Shown here: positions 18,281-27,852 of the stretch, one piece after another
Position numbering within the stretch: position 1 is the first letter of the stretch
Layout of the letters: each line of letters starts with the position of its first letter
Virus record (IMG/VR): IMGVR_UViG_3300033066_000693
Location: 64,001 to 128,000 of that record
DNA length: 64,000 nucleotides
Source: a virus
Strand: one strand, 5' to 3'
Position numbers and translations under genes: made by a program
Notes under the pieces: generated by a model
The model's database searches: none
What the model saw: only the letters and a program-made list of their open reading frames with translations
What the model was told of the DNA's origin: nothing

Positions 18281-19378
18281 CTACTCCTTTTTCATATACT
18301 TCAGCAGCTTAGACCTTGATTGCATGGTCCTAGGTAGAGTATCGGCATTTTCGATAGCTCTAAGCTTCTTTGCGAGCTTTTCAACCTCTTCTGAGGTCTT
18401 CATAGTTTCTGACTGAACAACAACAATCAGATCTTCTCTTTCACGAGAGCTTGAAAACAATCCCTTGCCCCTAAACCAGAACTTATCCCCGTGATTAGTT
18501 CCTGCCGGGATAACAAGAGATTCTGGCTTGCCGTCAATCATCGGGATATCTAGAGTAACGCCCATTATTAGTTCTGACGGACTAAGATACAAAGGCAATA
18601 CCAGATCAAAATTTGAGGTCATCTCGAAAAACTCATGCTTCTCTGGTACAATCCTGAGATAAACATGACCCTTACGACCCTTAGGATTGATATAGCGTCC
18701 TCTATTAACAAGACGCAATGCTGCTCCAAGATGTATTCCGGCAGGAATGTCTACTTCTATTTTCTCTTCTACGTCGCAAAGACCATTCTTGCATTTCTCG
18801 CAACGGTCTTCGTCATTAACAGTAACGCCAGACCCTTCGCACTTGTTACATATGGAAGCAATCTGAACAATACGTCTTCCGCCGAAGTCTTGGGTAGTTA
18901 CTACTTGGCCTTTACCCTTACACTTTGTGCAAGTTCCCTTTCGGGCATTTTTCTTTAGTCCTTCGCCATTGCAAGTTTTGCAGACTTCATTGGTATGAAG
19001 AGTAAGGTTTCTGGATTTTCCGCGAATTGTTTCTTCGAAAGAGCAGCGGATCTCAAGCTCAACGTCCTGCCCTTCCATTTGGGCTTGATGCTGAGTATTT
19101 CTATAGAACTCGTTGAAGACATCATTGACAGAAGTATGCCTTACTCTGGCGGTTGCTGGGTCGGCCCCGGTTCGCCTAAAAAAGTCATAGTTATGACGCT
19201 TGCTCTCATCTGAGAGTGTATCATAAGCTTCTTGTATTGTCTTGAATCTTGCTTCCGCTTCTTTATCGTTCGGATGAAGGTCCGGATGGCACTTCTTAGC
19301 TAGATCCCGGTACGCCTTCTTGATCTCGTCCGCCGTTGCCGATTCGGTAACGCCGAGAGACTCATAGTAGTTCGTCAT
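18281..19378 (-). CDS. dnaJ: DnaJ/Hsp40 co-chaperone (J domain plus four CxxCxGxG zinc-finger repeats plus C-terminal domain)
   Basis: YYESLGV...AYRDLAKKCHPDLHP carries the HPD motif. The zinc-finger repeats are CKTCNGEG, CTKCKGKG, CNKCEGSG and CEKCKNG. Confidence 0.8.
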   Translation of the reverse strand: MTNYYESLGVTESATADEIKKAYRDLAKKCHPDLHPNDKEAEARFKTIQEAYDTLSDESKRHNYDFFRRTGADPATARVRHTSVNDVFNEFYRNTQHQAQMEGQDVELEIRCSFEETIRGKSRNLTLHTNEVCKTCNGEGLKKNARKGTCTKCKGKGQVVTTQDFGGRRIVQIASICNKCEGSGVTVNDEDRCEKCKNGLCDVEEKIEVDIPAGIHLGAALRLVNRGRYINPKGRKGHVYLRIVPEKHEFFEMTSNFDLVLPLYLSPSELIMGVTLDIPMIDGKPESLVIPAGTNHGDKFWFRGKGLFSSSREREDLIVVVQSETMKTSEEVEKLAKKLRAIENADTLPRTMQSRSKLLKYMKKE

Positions 19379-19578
19379 ATGACCTCAGGTATTGCGCTGA
19401 CAGTTCTGCCCTTTTACATGGTCGTCGTAGAACTCGGGCTTTCGATCTTCTTTCATGTTCTTACCGAGAGCGTCTATAAACTGCTGAGCAGTTTTAGAGC
19501 ATCCGTCTCCCTCAAAGCCATGAAGCTCGATTTCGATTGCACCGTCTGGCTTTATCTTGATTTCGACTTGCTTTTCCA

Positions 19579-19917
19579 TTAGATATCATCCTCCAAATCT
19601 TCGTCGTCCATTTCGTCTTGGTCTTCCTCGCCAGTCACATCGGGATTGCCCTGTTGCGACTGAATCAAAGCCTCTAGCGCCGTGCGAATAACGTCGTCTA
19701 GCTCAAGAATGCTTTGCGTGAGATTCCAAATGTTCTGCAAAGAAGCCGTTACTTCGTTAATCTCCGCAGCGTTCTTTGGAGACGACTCCTCAATAACGTA
19801 CTTCTGATGAAGCCTCTCGATCATCTTCTCGCAAATCTCAAGAATGCGGTCATGATCGATTCCATAATCGTCCAACGGTGGTTCGGCATCTTCTGGTTTG
19901 TTATCGCTCATTTGCAT
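19579..19917 (-). CDS. small acidic protein (112 aa; C-terminal EEDQDEMDDEDLEDDI)
   Basis: Tiling ORF. Three other small ORFs (19385-19579, 19920-20192, 20189-20413) are also probably genes of unknown function. Confidence 0.35.
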   Translation of the reverse strand: MQMSDNKPEDAEPPLDDYGIDHDRILEICEKMIERLHQKYVIEESSPKNAAEINEVTASLQNIWNLTQSILELDDVIRTALEALIQSQQGNPDVTGEEDQDEMDDEDLEDDI

Positions 19918-20414
19918 CCTTACAGTTTGTAACCCATGTCTGTTTCATTAGCATCAACTTCTATCTCTTCAGCATCTTCGCTGGCGGTAATCTCTTTGAG
20001 GAATGAGATACAACAGCTTTGCATATCTTCGCTTTGAGTCTGGTAGAGTTCTGCTAGCTTGGCAAGCTTTTCAATGTTCTCTTGAGAAAGCTCAAGAGCT
20101 AGACTTCTAGCCGTCTCATTGATATTAACTACCGTTGTAACAATACCCATAAGCTTTTGACTAAAACGATTGAGTTGAACAATTTCTTTCATTTCTTCTC
20201 CGATTCTGCAATCAGTCTCTTCAATATTTCAAATCGTTGAATAATGCAAAAAGTATCTTCTGCTACACTCATTCCGCTGTCATAATGCTTTTTGAGCCTC
20301 ATGATTTCGGCATTTAACAAAGCTGCTTCTTTGATTATCTGAGGGCTTCCGCTTAGCTGGGCTTCCTTACGGAAGTTGGTCATTCTTTCACACATTCGAT
20401 TTATCGAATCCATG

Positions 20415-21572
20415 CTAAACCCTCGTCTTCATAATGCTTTTCTGCATTCGATTGATTATCTTAGAGTCCATCGAACCGCATACGGTCATAAGGACAGTAT
20501 CGGCTATCAAAAACGCTTCATTCTCGCTAGTAGAAGATCTAATCAATATTGAGGCGTCTTCCAAAGCCTTGACAATCAGATACAGGTCTTTCCTGTTATA
20601 CAGATCAACTGCTGGCGTTCTCCCATTGAAACCGTCCATAGCAGAAGTAAGAGGCATGGTGGACCAAAGAGTTGCAGGCTTTCCAGCATTTGGCCCAGTC
20701 TCTACTAGATTGACCTTGGTTCTAGCAAAGAACCCCATTCCGTCATAAGAAATCTTACGCATCGCCAAGGCCTGAGCCAGAATGGTCTGTCTATCAACCT
20801 TTGAGGCCTTCTTCTCTTTGAGGAATAATAGAAGCCTAAACTTCCATAGCAGGGTACTCATCATTTGCGCAATTCCTTCGATTGCGTTGTCTGAGAGGGA
20901 CGACGCCTTGGACAGCATATTTAGGCATTTCTCGTAGTCTTTCTCGTCGCAGGCGTTGAGCAAGTCCCAAATGACAAAGTTCTCGTAGAAGACCGCAGTT
21001 GCCACTACGTCAAACGTGTCATAACTCTTCTTGGTTGGAGCATAGAGAATCAATCTTCGAAGCGCCATCTCAAGAACGTCGATGGGGATTCCCTTACCGC
21101 CAGAATCAATACCGCTGTTCTCGGCCAAGGCAATCGCCGCGTTCTGCTCAATCGCTACGCCAAGCTCTGTCGCTCGACGGACTATCCATCCAGAAGCTTC
21201 TCTGACTGGAACGCTTGTATCAAAGTCATAAATCTTTCCGACCTTTTCTACAATCGAAAAAAGAGCCTTTTCTTTGGTAGGATTGATCATAAAGAAGACT
21301 ACGAATACGTCGTCAGCAATAGTCTCTAGAGAAGCTTTGAGCTTCTTTTTTTGAGTCTCCGTCATATCTGGAATGCCAAAGACCATGACGATTCTCTTGG
21401 TAGAGAAGCAATGATTGCTCTCGATTTCATTGAGAAGCTCCATTGGGTCGCTATCTTCGGTAATATGGACAGGAGAAGCGTCCTTGAACTTCTCTTTGAT
21501 CTTGTCAAAGAGTTCCTTGGCGCGGTGATATCCGCCGCTTACCCATGCTACGTTTATTTTCTTGTCGCTCAT
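20415..21572 (-). CDS. hypothetical protein, 385 aa; possible clamp-loader delta/HolA-like accessory subunit
   Basis: Loose resemblance to the pol III delta N-terminal pattern (KRIVMVFGIPDM). It sits next to the clamp gene. This is weak inference. Confidence 0.25.
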   Translation of the reverse strand: MSDKKINVAWVSGGYHRAKELFDKIKEKFKDASPVHITEDSDPMELLNEIESNHCFSTKRIVMVFGIPDMTETQKKKLKASLETIADDVFVVFFMINPTKEKALFSIVEKVGKIYDFDTSVPVREASGWIVRRATELGVAIEQNAAIALAENSGIDSGGKGIPIDVLEMALRRLILYAPTKKSYDTFDVVATAVFYENFVIWDLLNACDEKDYEKCLNMLSKASSLSDNAIEGIAQMMSTLLWKFRLLLFLKEKKASKVDRQTILAQALAMRKISYDGMGFFARTKVNLVETGPNAGKPATLWSTMPLTSAMDGFNGRTPAVDLYNRKDLYLIVKALEDASILIRSSTSENEAFLIADTVLMTVCGSMDSKIINRMQKSIMKTRV

Positions 21573-21585
21573 GCTAAAACATGAA

Positions 21586-21601
21586 GCCCTATTTCTAGGG
21601 C
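21586..21601 (-). terminator. Short hairpin (gcccta-tttc-tagggc) followed by UUCAUGUUUUAG on the minus transcript, between the clamp gene and the next gene
   Basis: Inverted repeat within a 42-bp intergenic gap. Confidence 0.25.
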
Positions 21602-21614
21602 GTCATGCAATGGT

Positions 21615-22901
21615 TTAGTTTTTCTTGAGAGTTGCAAAGAACTCAGAATACCGCTCTTGAATGCCGTCGTCATTGGGCTTCTTGAGCGTCAAAGGATCTC
21701 GGAAATCTGGCGCTGCGTAGTGACGAATGATAACTGGCATGCTCTCGTCTTCAATCTCGATCTGAATATGGTCTTCGTCGTCGGCTTGATTGATAACGTC
21801 CTTGATGTAGTTGGTATTGCAACGAATGCTCAACTCTTGAGTATCCTCATTGGTAGCAATGTTATCTATGGCAATCTTTCGGTTGGACCGTAGGCCCAAT
21901 TCGCTCTTGGCCTGTATGATCTTTTTATCAAGGTCGAAGCTGAGCAAACAATTCGGCAACTGGTTCTGCTTCTTAGCGTCGTCAGTATAGGTTGCGATGA
22001 CGCCTTTGAGAGCATTGCGCCAGTTACCTACCTTGGTAACAAAGTTGAACTTGCTCGGTCTACGAAGAACCTTCTCCTCGTCAGGCCATGCAACCGTTGG
22101 GTCGCAAGTATACATGATAACCTTGACATTATCGCATGTAACAACGATGCAGCGGTCCTGAGACTCGATATGGACATTCTCTCCCTTGAGAAGGGACAGA
22201 ACGCCTGTCAAGGTTGGCGTCTGGGCATTTGGGAAGTTGATGATCATATCGCCCTTGGCATCGCTAATATTGGCTCCCTCAAGCTCAACAATAGCAAAGC
22301 GATTCCCTGTTCCAGCGGCAAATCTTAGGCTTCCCGAGTTGAAAGAACGAAGAATCCAATAGGTGAACATCTTTAGCTGCTGCTGGAATCCATGAGCAAA
22401 GACAAGCTTGTTTGCATAGGACGTAAATACGTCTCTGCGAAGAGTAATCTTGCTTGTCTTCTTGGTGCTTGTAGCTTGCTGATGAAACTCAACAACTGTA
22501 TCAAAAACCGCAAGAGACTGCATCTCTTCAATATCAGACTCTTTCATGATAACCAGTTCCTTTCCAACCAAGGAACCGTCTGCTGCCTTCTTCTCTTGCA
22601 GTTCCACAATGACGGTATCGCTTTCAGCGAAGGAACCAAGCACATTTTGGAAATCTGTAACCGCAAGAGTGACAGAGCCGGGCTCAATCATCTTATAGTC
22701 AAGACCGCTGTACATGATGTCGTTGATTTCATTCTTTGCGCTTACGTGCCCGCCGTCAGCTACAGCCTCTAGCGCTGTAGGGGTTGCGGTAAGCGTTACC
22801 AGAGACGCATGCGGATAGTCGTCCGCCGTTCCCTTAGTTGCTACTGTAAAAATGGGCTTTACGCCCGCTGCCAACCCCTCAACCTTTGCCTTGAACTTCA
22901 T
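21615..22901 (-). CDS. DnaN-like DNA polymerase sliding clamp (beta clamp family)
   Basis: The C-terminal LSIRCNTNYIKDVINQADDEDHIQIEIEDESMPVIIR parallels the conserved beta-clamp C-terminus (fNpkYllDal...l.l.....P.li). The repeated domain pattern, the 428-aa length and the adjacency to the clamp loader all fit. Confidence 0.5.
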   Translation of the reverse strand: MKFKAKVEGLAAGVKPIFTVATKGTADDYPHASLVTLTATPTALEAVADGGHVSAKNEINDIMYSGLDYKMIEPGSVTLAVTDFQNVLGSFAESDTVIVELQEKKAADGSLVGKELVIMKESDIEEMQSLAVFDTVVEFHQQATSTKKTSKITLRRDVFTSYANKLVFAHGFQQQLKMFTYWILRSFNSGSLRFAAGTGNRFAIVELEGANISDAKGDMIINFPNAQTPTLTGVLSLLKGENVHIESQDRCIVVTCDNVKVIMYTCDPTVAWPDEEKVLRRPSKFNFVTKVGNWRNALKGVIATYTDDAKKQNQLPNCLLSFDLDKKIIQAKSELGLRSNRKIAIDNIATNEDTQELSIRCNTNYIKDVINQADDEDHIQIEIEDESMPVIIRHYAAPDFRDPLTLKKPNDDGIQERYSEFFATLKKN

Positions 22902-23775
22902 CGCTTTCTCCTTCGTCTTTGTCGTACTCGTTTGCTATTTCGTTTGCTTTCTTCTTCACTCGCTGAATCGCATTGTCAATGCTTCTAGCATTGATTGGCT
23001 CGTCATGCTTCTCGTTGGCCTCGTACTTTTCAAGTATCTCTTTGGCCTTATGCTTGATTCGGCTAAGGGCGTTATCGACGCCCTTGATATTTACCCTGAC
23101 CTTTGCACGCTTCGCATTTATTCGGTCTGCTATCTCGTCGTATGAATAGCGCTGAGCATAAAGCAGATACACTTCTTTCTCGAATCGAGAAAGAGAGTTG
23201 AGTAACATGGTTTGAAGATTGCGGTAGTATTCGTCTTCTCCAACGGAGGTTATCAAATCCTGACCGTCTGGATCGGCAATAACATGGGCTAAAGATAGAT
23301 CATCTTCGCCGCCATTACCGTTGTTTGATTCTTTGTCTAATGAAACGCTGTGATTTAGAACTCTCTTCTTATTCTGATACGAAGACTTGAACTCTGTAGC
23401 CAAATGTCTTCGTATGCACAATAATGCGAACTTATCGAACGGAGCAGGGCCTTCGCCTGATCCTCTTGTCTTGTCGTAGTCTTTGATAGCTTTGAACTGA
23501 AGGGCAACAAGAGCTTCCTGCATTATGTCGTCGTGATTACAACCCGGAATATTAAACCTAGATATCAGTTTTTGAATCTTCGGGATAAGTTTCTGAAGTA
23601 TTGCTTCAAAAGCCTTATCAGTTGTTTCTTTGTCTTTGTTCTTTCTGATTATGTTTATGAGTTGAACATACTTCAGGTTGTCATCATATTCTTGCTTAGC
23701 GGGATCTTTTACTTCGGCAACTGGTTTGGACTTCTTAGCTCTTTTTGCCCCAACCTTCTTCGTGCGTTTGGGCAT
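22879..23775 (-). CDS. sigma-70 family RNA polymerase sigma factor (regions 2 and 4 present)
   Basis: Region 2 (DIMQEALVALQFKAIKDYDKTRG...FDKFALLCIRRHLATEF) and the region 4 HTH (YSYDEIADRINAKRAKVRVNIKGVDNALSRIK) are recognisable. Confidence 0.6.
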   Translation of the reverse strand: MPKRTKKVGAKRAKKSKPVAEVKDPAKQEYDDNLKYVQLINIIRKNKDKETTDKAFEAILQKLIPKIQKLISRFNIPGCNHDDIMQEALVALQFKAIKDYDKTRGSGEGPAPFDKFALLCIRRHLATEFKSSYQNKKRVLNHSVSLDKESNNGNGGEDDLSLAHVIADPDGQDLITSVGEDEYYRNLQTMLLNSLSRFEKEVYLLYAQRYSYDEIADRINAKRAKVRVNIKGVDNALSRIKHKAKEILEKYEANEKHDEPINARSIDNAIQRVKKKANEIANEYDKDEGESDEVQGKG

Positions 23776-23786
23776 TCATGACTCCA

Positions 23787-24896
23787 TTACCCAGCCGCTT
23801 TATTCTCCGTTCTGTTGAAGATGATAGAACAAATCACAAACTTCTCTAGCATTGTCTGCGCGTTCATGTTCAAAGAAATGCCCTTGTTGACTTCGGAGAT
23901 CAGATCAATCATTTGAAGCAAGAGCGGTATTGAAACATTTTGCGCCTGATGAGAGTAGCGTTTCTTTTCTTCTTCGGTCAGGAATAGGAGCTTAGCGGTG
24001 TCTTTCGCGGTCTTAATAACAAGCAGAGTCCTAATATGACCTACAAGGCCGTTAAGAACCTCCCCGACATCGCGCCCATCTCCCATAATATGATCGATGA
24101 TTCGCATAGCCTCACCGGCGTCGGGTTTCACTATAACATCGACCAAATCGAAGAATTTGTTCTCATCTATAGCAGATAACGCCTGCTGAGCAAGCTCTGC
24201 TGTAATTTTTGCACCGTTAGCAACGGTTATCATAATCTGCAAGTTTTGCAAAGAGTTCCTGACTGAACCCTTGGAAAGCCTTGCTGCTATCTTCAATGCT
24301 GCCTCGTCTACGTCTATGTTTTCAGCAGCTACGACCCTCTTCAGATTGACAAGGATTTGGTCCCATGCAACCTTGTTGAATCGTAGAGGAAGACAACGGC
24401 TATGTATCGTGTCTTTTAGGTCTTCTGCGTTAGTCGTACAGAGGATGAAAATGACATTCGGCGGCGGCTCTTCAATCATCTTCAGCGCAGCTTCCGCAGC
24501 GGCTCCGCTTAGCCTATGAGCCTCGTCAATAATAACGAAGCGATACTTAGAGCGAATAGGCGCATACCGAATAGCGTCCTTTAGCTCTCGAATCTCGTCA
24601 ACCTTGCCCTTGGAGCCTGCGTCAAACTCCATAACGTCGATGGACTTGCCATCGAAGATTGCTTGAATGTCTGGGTCTTCAAGGTCTGGTTCAGTTGTCA
24701 TACCTCTCTTATCGTTTACGGCTGCCGCAAAGATACGAGCGCTAGAAGTCTTGCCGCATCCAAACTTACCTGCAAAGATGTAGGCATGATGGAGCTTTCC
24801 AGACTGAATCGAGTTGGTCAAAACTCTAGTAACTGCTTCTTGACCAATAAGATCAGCAAGCTTCTTGGGGCGGTACTTATTTGCGAGTATGCTCAT
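23787..24896 (-). CDS. AAA+ clamp loader ATPase (T4 gp44/RFC/pol III gamma-like)
   Basis: KYRPKKLADLIGQ, a Walker A (GKFGCGKTS), DEAH-like (IIDEAHRL) and the SRC motif (HSRCLPLRF). Confidence 0.75.
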   Translation of the reverse strand: MSILANKYRPKKLADLIGQEAVTRVLTNSIQSGKLHHAYIFAGKFGCGKTSSARIFAAAVNDKRGMTTEPDLEDPDIQAIFDGKSIDVMEFDAGSKGKVDEIRELKDAIRYAPIRSKYRFVIIDEAHRLSGAAAEAALKMIEEPPPNVIFILCTTNAEDLKDTIHSRCLPLRFNKVAWDQILVNLKRVVAAENIDVDEAALKIAARLSKGSVRNSLQNLQIMITVANGAKITAELAQQALSAIDENKFFDLVDVIVKPDAGEAMRIIDHIMGDGRDVGEVLNGLVGHIRTLLVIKTAKDTAKLLFLTEEEKKRYSHQAQNVSIPLLLQMIDLISEVNKGISLNMNAQTMLEKFVICSIIFNRTENKAAG

Positions 24897-25750
24897 TTAC
24901 TTTCCTTTGCTGCCATAATTCCGTTAACCCAATGTCGAACCATAAGGTTCTTCAAACCGATATCCGCACTCGACGGAACAACGAATGCACTTGGTATTGA
25001 AGACCAGTTTATATTGTCCAAAGAAGTTTCGCTTGGATGATTGTCATTGAAAAGCTTTCGTTCAAGTCTTACTATGAACCCGCCAGCCTTTTCAACGGCT
25101 TCAAGTTCAGAAGGGAATCTAAGGTCGGCAATAATGGCGATCTTCGGATTATCCTTCTGTATCTTGCGAATACAAGCATTTACCCAGACCATAGGACTAA
25201 ACATATTCCTCATGATATCTGTGCCAAATACTTGCATGACCTCGCGAGCGGTCATTGGTCCCTTTTTATACTCATTGACAACTTGAGTATCTGTAACATA
25301 TTCCATTGGACTTGATACAATCTCTGTCCTAGAAGAAATGATAGGACGGAAGTTTGTCGGAAACTTCTCCCAAAGAAACTCGGTAGGAACATTCTTCTGC
25401 TCGTCCGTTCCATAGACTTGCTCTGGCTTAATTCCAAGAACGTCTATACAAAACTCTTTGATAGGATCAGCAAAAGAGTATATCTTGACGTTTTCAGTTA
25501 GCTGCTTATTTTTCCCTAGCCCGGCGATTTGTAGGACTCTTTGCCATTCAGTTTTGTTGTCCAAACTACCGCCGGGCGCGGCTGGCGTTGATGGAGCGAT
25601 GTAGACTTTATCTCCATCAGGAGACTGAACTAGGCGATCTTCATCGAATTTGATGTCATTGTACTTAAGTTCAAAGTAAGCTCTCAAGTATGTAGCAAGA
25701 CTGCTCTTTCCGCTTTGCTTCTTGCCGGAAAGTCCAATGATTATCGCCAT
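24893..25750 (-). CDS. T4 gp1-like deoxynucleoside monophosphate kinase
   Basis: GLSGKKQSGKSS, FADPIKEF, REVMQVFGTDIMRNMFSPMVWV and IADLRFPSELEAVEKAGGFIVRLER parallel T4 gp1 blocks. I chose the internal ATG at 25750 because AAAAGGAGCAGAAAC lies immediately upstream. The track ORF extends to 25810. Confidence 0.7.
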   Translation of the reverse strand: MAIIIGLSGKKQSGKSSLATYLRAYFELKYNDIKFDEDRLVQSPDGDKVYIAPSTPAAPGGSLDNKTEWQRVLQIAGLGKNKQLTENVKIYSFADPIKEFCIDVLGIKPEQVYGTDEQKNVPTEFLWEKFPTNFRPIISSRTEIVSSPMEYVTDTQVVNEYKKGPMTAREVMQVFGTDIMRNMFSPMVWVNACIRKIQKDNPKIAIIADLRFPSELEAVEKAGGFIVRLERKLFNDNHPSETSLDNINWSSIPSAFVVPSSADIGLKNLMVRHWVNGIMAAKESK

Positions 25751-25763
25751 GTTTCTGCTCCTT

Positions 25764-26228
25764 TTAGACTTTTCTAATGAAGTAGACAGTCTTCTTCTGA
25801 AGACTCTCATGGGTCAAGCTCGTAACTGGCCGACCCTTGCTATCCTTCATGTAGAGTCGAGTTTCTACCTTACTCTTGTCGGGCTGCTTAGCGAACTTGG
25901 AGCCAATATACACTCGAACGCTTGTCGTCTTAGGATCAAGAACCGCAAGGTCATTACTGCCGACCTTCATTGCGCGATGCTTGCCGTCTGGACGGGCGCT
26001 GGCGTATACAACGGAGTTATCTGCTTCTCCATTACCATCAACAAACTCGATCAAGTAAGCCTCTACAGAGCTAAGTTGCTCGCTTGCCGTAAGCGAGTTA
26101 CCAAAGTTGGCGTCTGTAACAAGCTGACTTGCCTTATTCATTGCTTGAACATGGCTTGTTGGACCGTCAAACGTGCCAACAATCGACCCTGTACCGTACT
26201 CGTCTTGCGACCAAAGTTGAACCTTCAT
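25764..26228 (-). CDS. hypothetical protein, 154 aa
   Basis: Tiling ORF. Confidence 0.35.
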   Translation of the reverse strand: MKVQLWSQDEYGTGSIVGTFDGPTSHVQAMNKASQLVTDANFGNSLTASEQLSSVEAYLIEFVDGNGEADNSVVYASARPDGKHRAMKVGSNDLAVLDPKTTSVRVYIGSKFAKQPDKSKVETRLYMKDSKGRPVTSLTHESLQKKTVYFIRKV

Positions 26229-26237
26229 CGTCTCTCC

Positions 26238-26684
26238 TTAGTATTGTTCTGTTTTCCAATCCACTTTACCTGCAAGCAGATTGGGGATAGTGGCTGTATC
26301 CATGAAATCCACTCCGAGCGTTCGGAAAATGAGTCCGTGACCCTTCTTGTCAAATGGAACCGTCTTACCTTCTCCGTCTGGAGAGATAGAAAGCAGAACC
26401 TCGGCAACCAAAGCTGCGCGATGCGGCTCGCTCAAAGCCTGCCAATCCGAAGAATGCACCGTAATGAAATACGTCTTGGGGCAGAAAAGAGTTACTGGCG
26501 CAGTAATGGGCTTGAGTTCCCACATCTGAGTCTTCTTCTCTGGACGGTCCTTATTGGTAATCTGAACAGCAGCTAGCTTGTCTGCTTCTACGTCTGGGAA
26601 AACAGACGGGTAAAGGTCAATGAGCTTCTTAGCTATCTCAAGAAACTCTGGAAGTTGTTCATAATTCGGTTTCGTCTGCGGCAT
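26238..26684 (-). CDS. hypothetical protein, 148 aa
   Basis: Tiling ORF. Confidence 0.35.
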   Translation of the reverse strand: MPQTKPNYEQLPEFLEIAKKLIDLYPSVFPDVEADKLAAVQITNKDRPEKKTQMWELKPITAPVTLFCPKTYFITVHSSDWQALSEPHRAALVAEVLLSISPDGEGKTVPFDKKGHGLIFRTLGVDFMDTATIPNLLAGKVDWKTEQY

Positions 26685-26904
26685 CGCTATCTCCTTGGTC
26701 GTCTTGAATTGATGTCGGGGTTACATGGCCCCAATCAAACTTTGCGTTGTTTTTTTCGTCCACTCGGACGGCATAGAAGATGTCGGCATCCATGTCTGCT
26801 ATCTCGACAAGAACACCATTATCATTTCTGCTGACTCTGAGCATGAGAGTTCCGTCATTAGAAACATACTCTCCTGCCTTCAGTCCTCTAACTTCGTTTT
26901 TCAT
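26659..26904 (-). CDS. hypothetical acidic protein, 81 aa
   Basis: Normal amino-acid composition. ATG start. Confidence 0.35.
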   Translation of the reverse strand: MKNEVRGLKAGEYVSNDGTLMLRVSRNDNGVLVEIADMDADIFYAVRVDEKNNAKFDWGHVTPTSIQDDQGDSDAADETEL

Positions 26905-27111
26905 AAACTACTCATTCTGTGTAAGTCTTGAATATAAACCTTACGTCCTCTGAACACTTTTGGAAACCTTATAGAACAACAAGTCGAAAGGGGATGAATG
27001 GCTATTTCTCTATTCCATATTGACCAACCAGCATCTACAAAAGTTGCTCTATTCATTCTACAGAGTCTTTGATAGAACTCTAAATTGAGTTTTTTGAATC
27101 GCCTATTGACT
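26905..27111. promoter_or_regulatory. Largest apparently non-coding, AT-rich gap in the window (~207 bp), with short direct repeats (ctctattc x2, tattgac x2); candidate promoter/operator region
   Basis: The only ORF here (26901-27146) has a K/R-rich, low-complexity translation typical of AT-rich non-coding DNA. Confidence 0.35.
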
Positions 27112-27852
27112 TTATGGTTTAGATACATCTTTATCCCATGTCGCAAATGGCTTAATAAAGCGAGAGCTACCTAGAAACTCGTTCTTAAACGGAACAGTCC
27201 AAGGCGTCTTGTGTAGACTCTGTTCAGGTTTTTCTGTTAGCGCATAAGAAAGAACAGCAACAAGCTCTATATTGCCGCCATTGAGGATTTCAAATCCCCA
27301 CTCATAAAGACGTATCTTCGTAATGTTAGGCAGTACGAAAACACTCTTAGCCTTGTATGATATTGATTTCTTTAGCTGTTCTGTTCGTTCTAGTTCATTA
27401 TCAGGAATATCTTCCCATCCTTGGTATATCTTCTTGTCTCCATTCCAATCAGACGAGAAAGAGCATGTCGTAGAACCGTCCTTAAAGGGAGAGATTCTAA
27501 AGACTGGTAGGCTGTTGAGATATTGGAAACAAATCCTCTCTGACGCATTCCCATGAACATAAAAACAGTTAAGACAGTTAGCTCTAGAAGAGAAAGTGTT
27601 GAATATAAGCGTTAGAATAGTCCTAAGATCTGGGATCTTGCTATCTTCTAGAGTTGGAGGGATTACTCTGCTTGTCATATCTGTGTCATTGACACTAGAC
27701 ATGCTATCTTCCTCTTTTCTAGAGGGAACCCAATTGATCCAATTGCCTATGGAAGAGCCAGATACTATATAGGTATGCAATCCACCTTGTCCATTAGAAA
27801 TGGACGATGAAAAGAAGCTATCCGAAGGACCATTTGGAACAGGAGTAGTCAT
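27112..27852 (-). CDS. hypothetical protein, 246 aa
   Basis: Tiling ORF. Overlaps the topA start by 4 nt. Confidence 0.4.
   Translation of the reverse strand: MTTPVPNGPSDSFFSSSISNGQGGLHTYIVSGSSIGNWINWVPSRKEEDSMSSVNDTDMTSRVIPPTLEDSKIPDLRTILTLIFNTFSSRANCLNCFYVHGNASERICFQYLNSLPVFRISPFKDGSTTCSFSSDWNGDKKIYQGWEDIPDNELERTEQLKKSISYKAKSVFVLPNITKIRLYEWGFEILNGGNIELVAVLSYALTEKPEQSLHKTPWTVPFKNEFLGSSRFIKPFATWDKDVSKP

Noticed and set aside
25722-26576. 284-aa plus-strand ORF
   Set aside because: It overlaps two well-tiled minus-strand genes completely. Its composition is Leu/Cys/Arg-rich, typical of antisense frames, and there is no upstream SD. Judged spurious.
26901-27146. 81-aa minus-strand ORF (MRHGIKMYLNHKVNRRFKK...)
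   Set aside because: K/R/N-rich low-complexity translation of an AT-rich stretch. It overlaps the upstream gene by 35 nt in a different frame. More likely non-coding regulatory DNA, but it is flagged in the findings.
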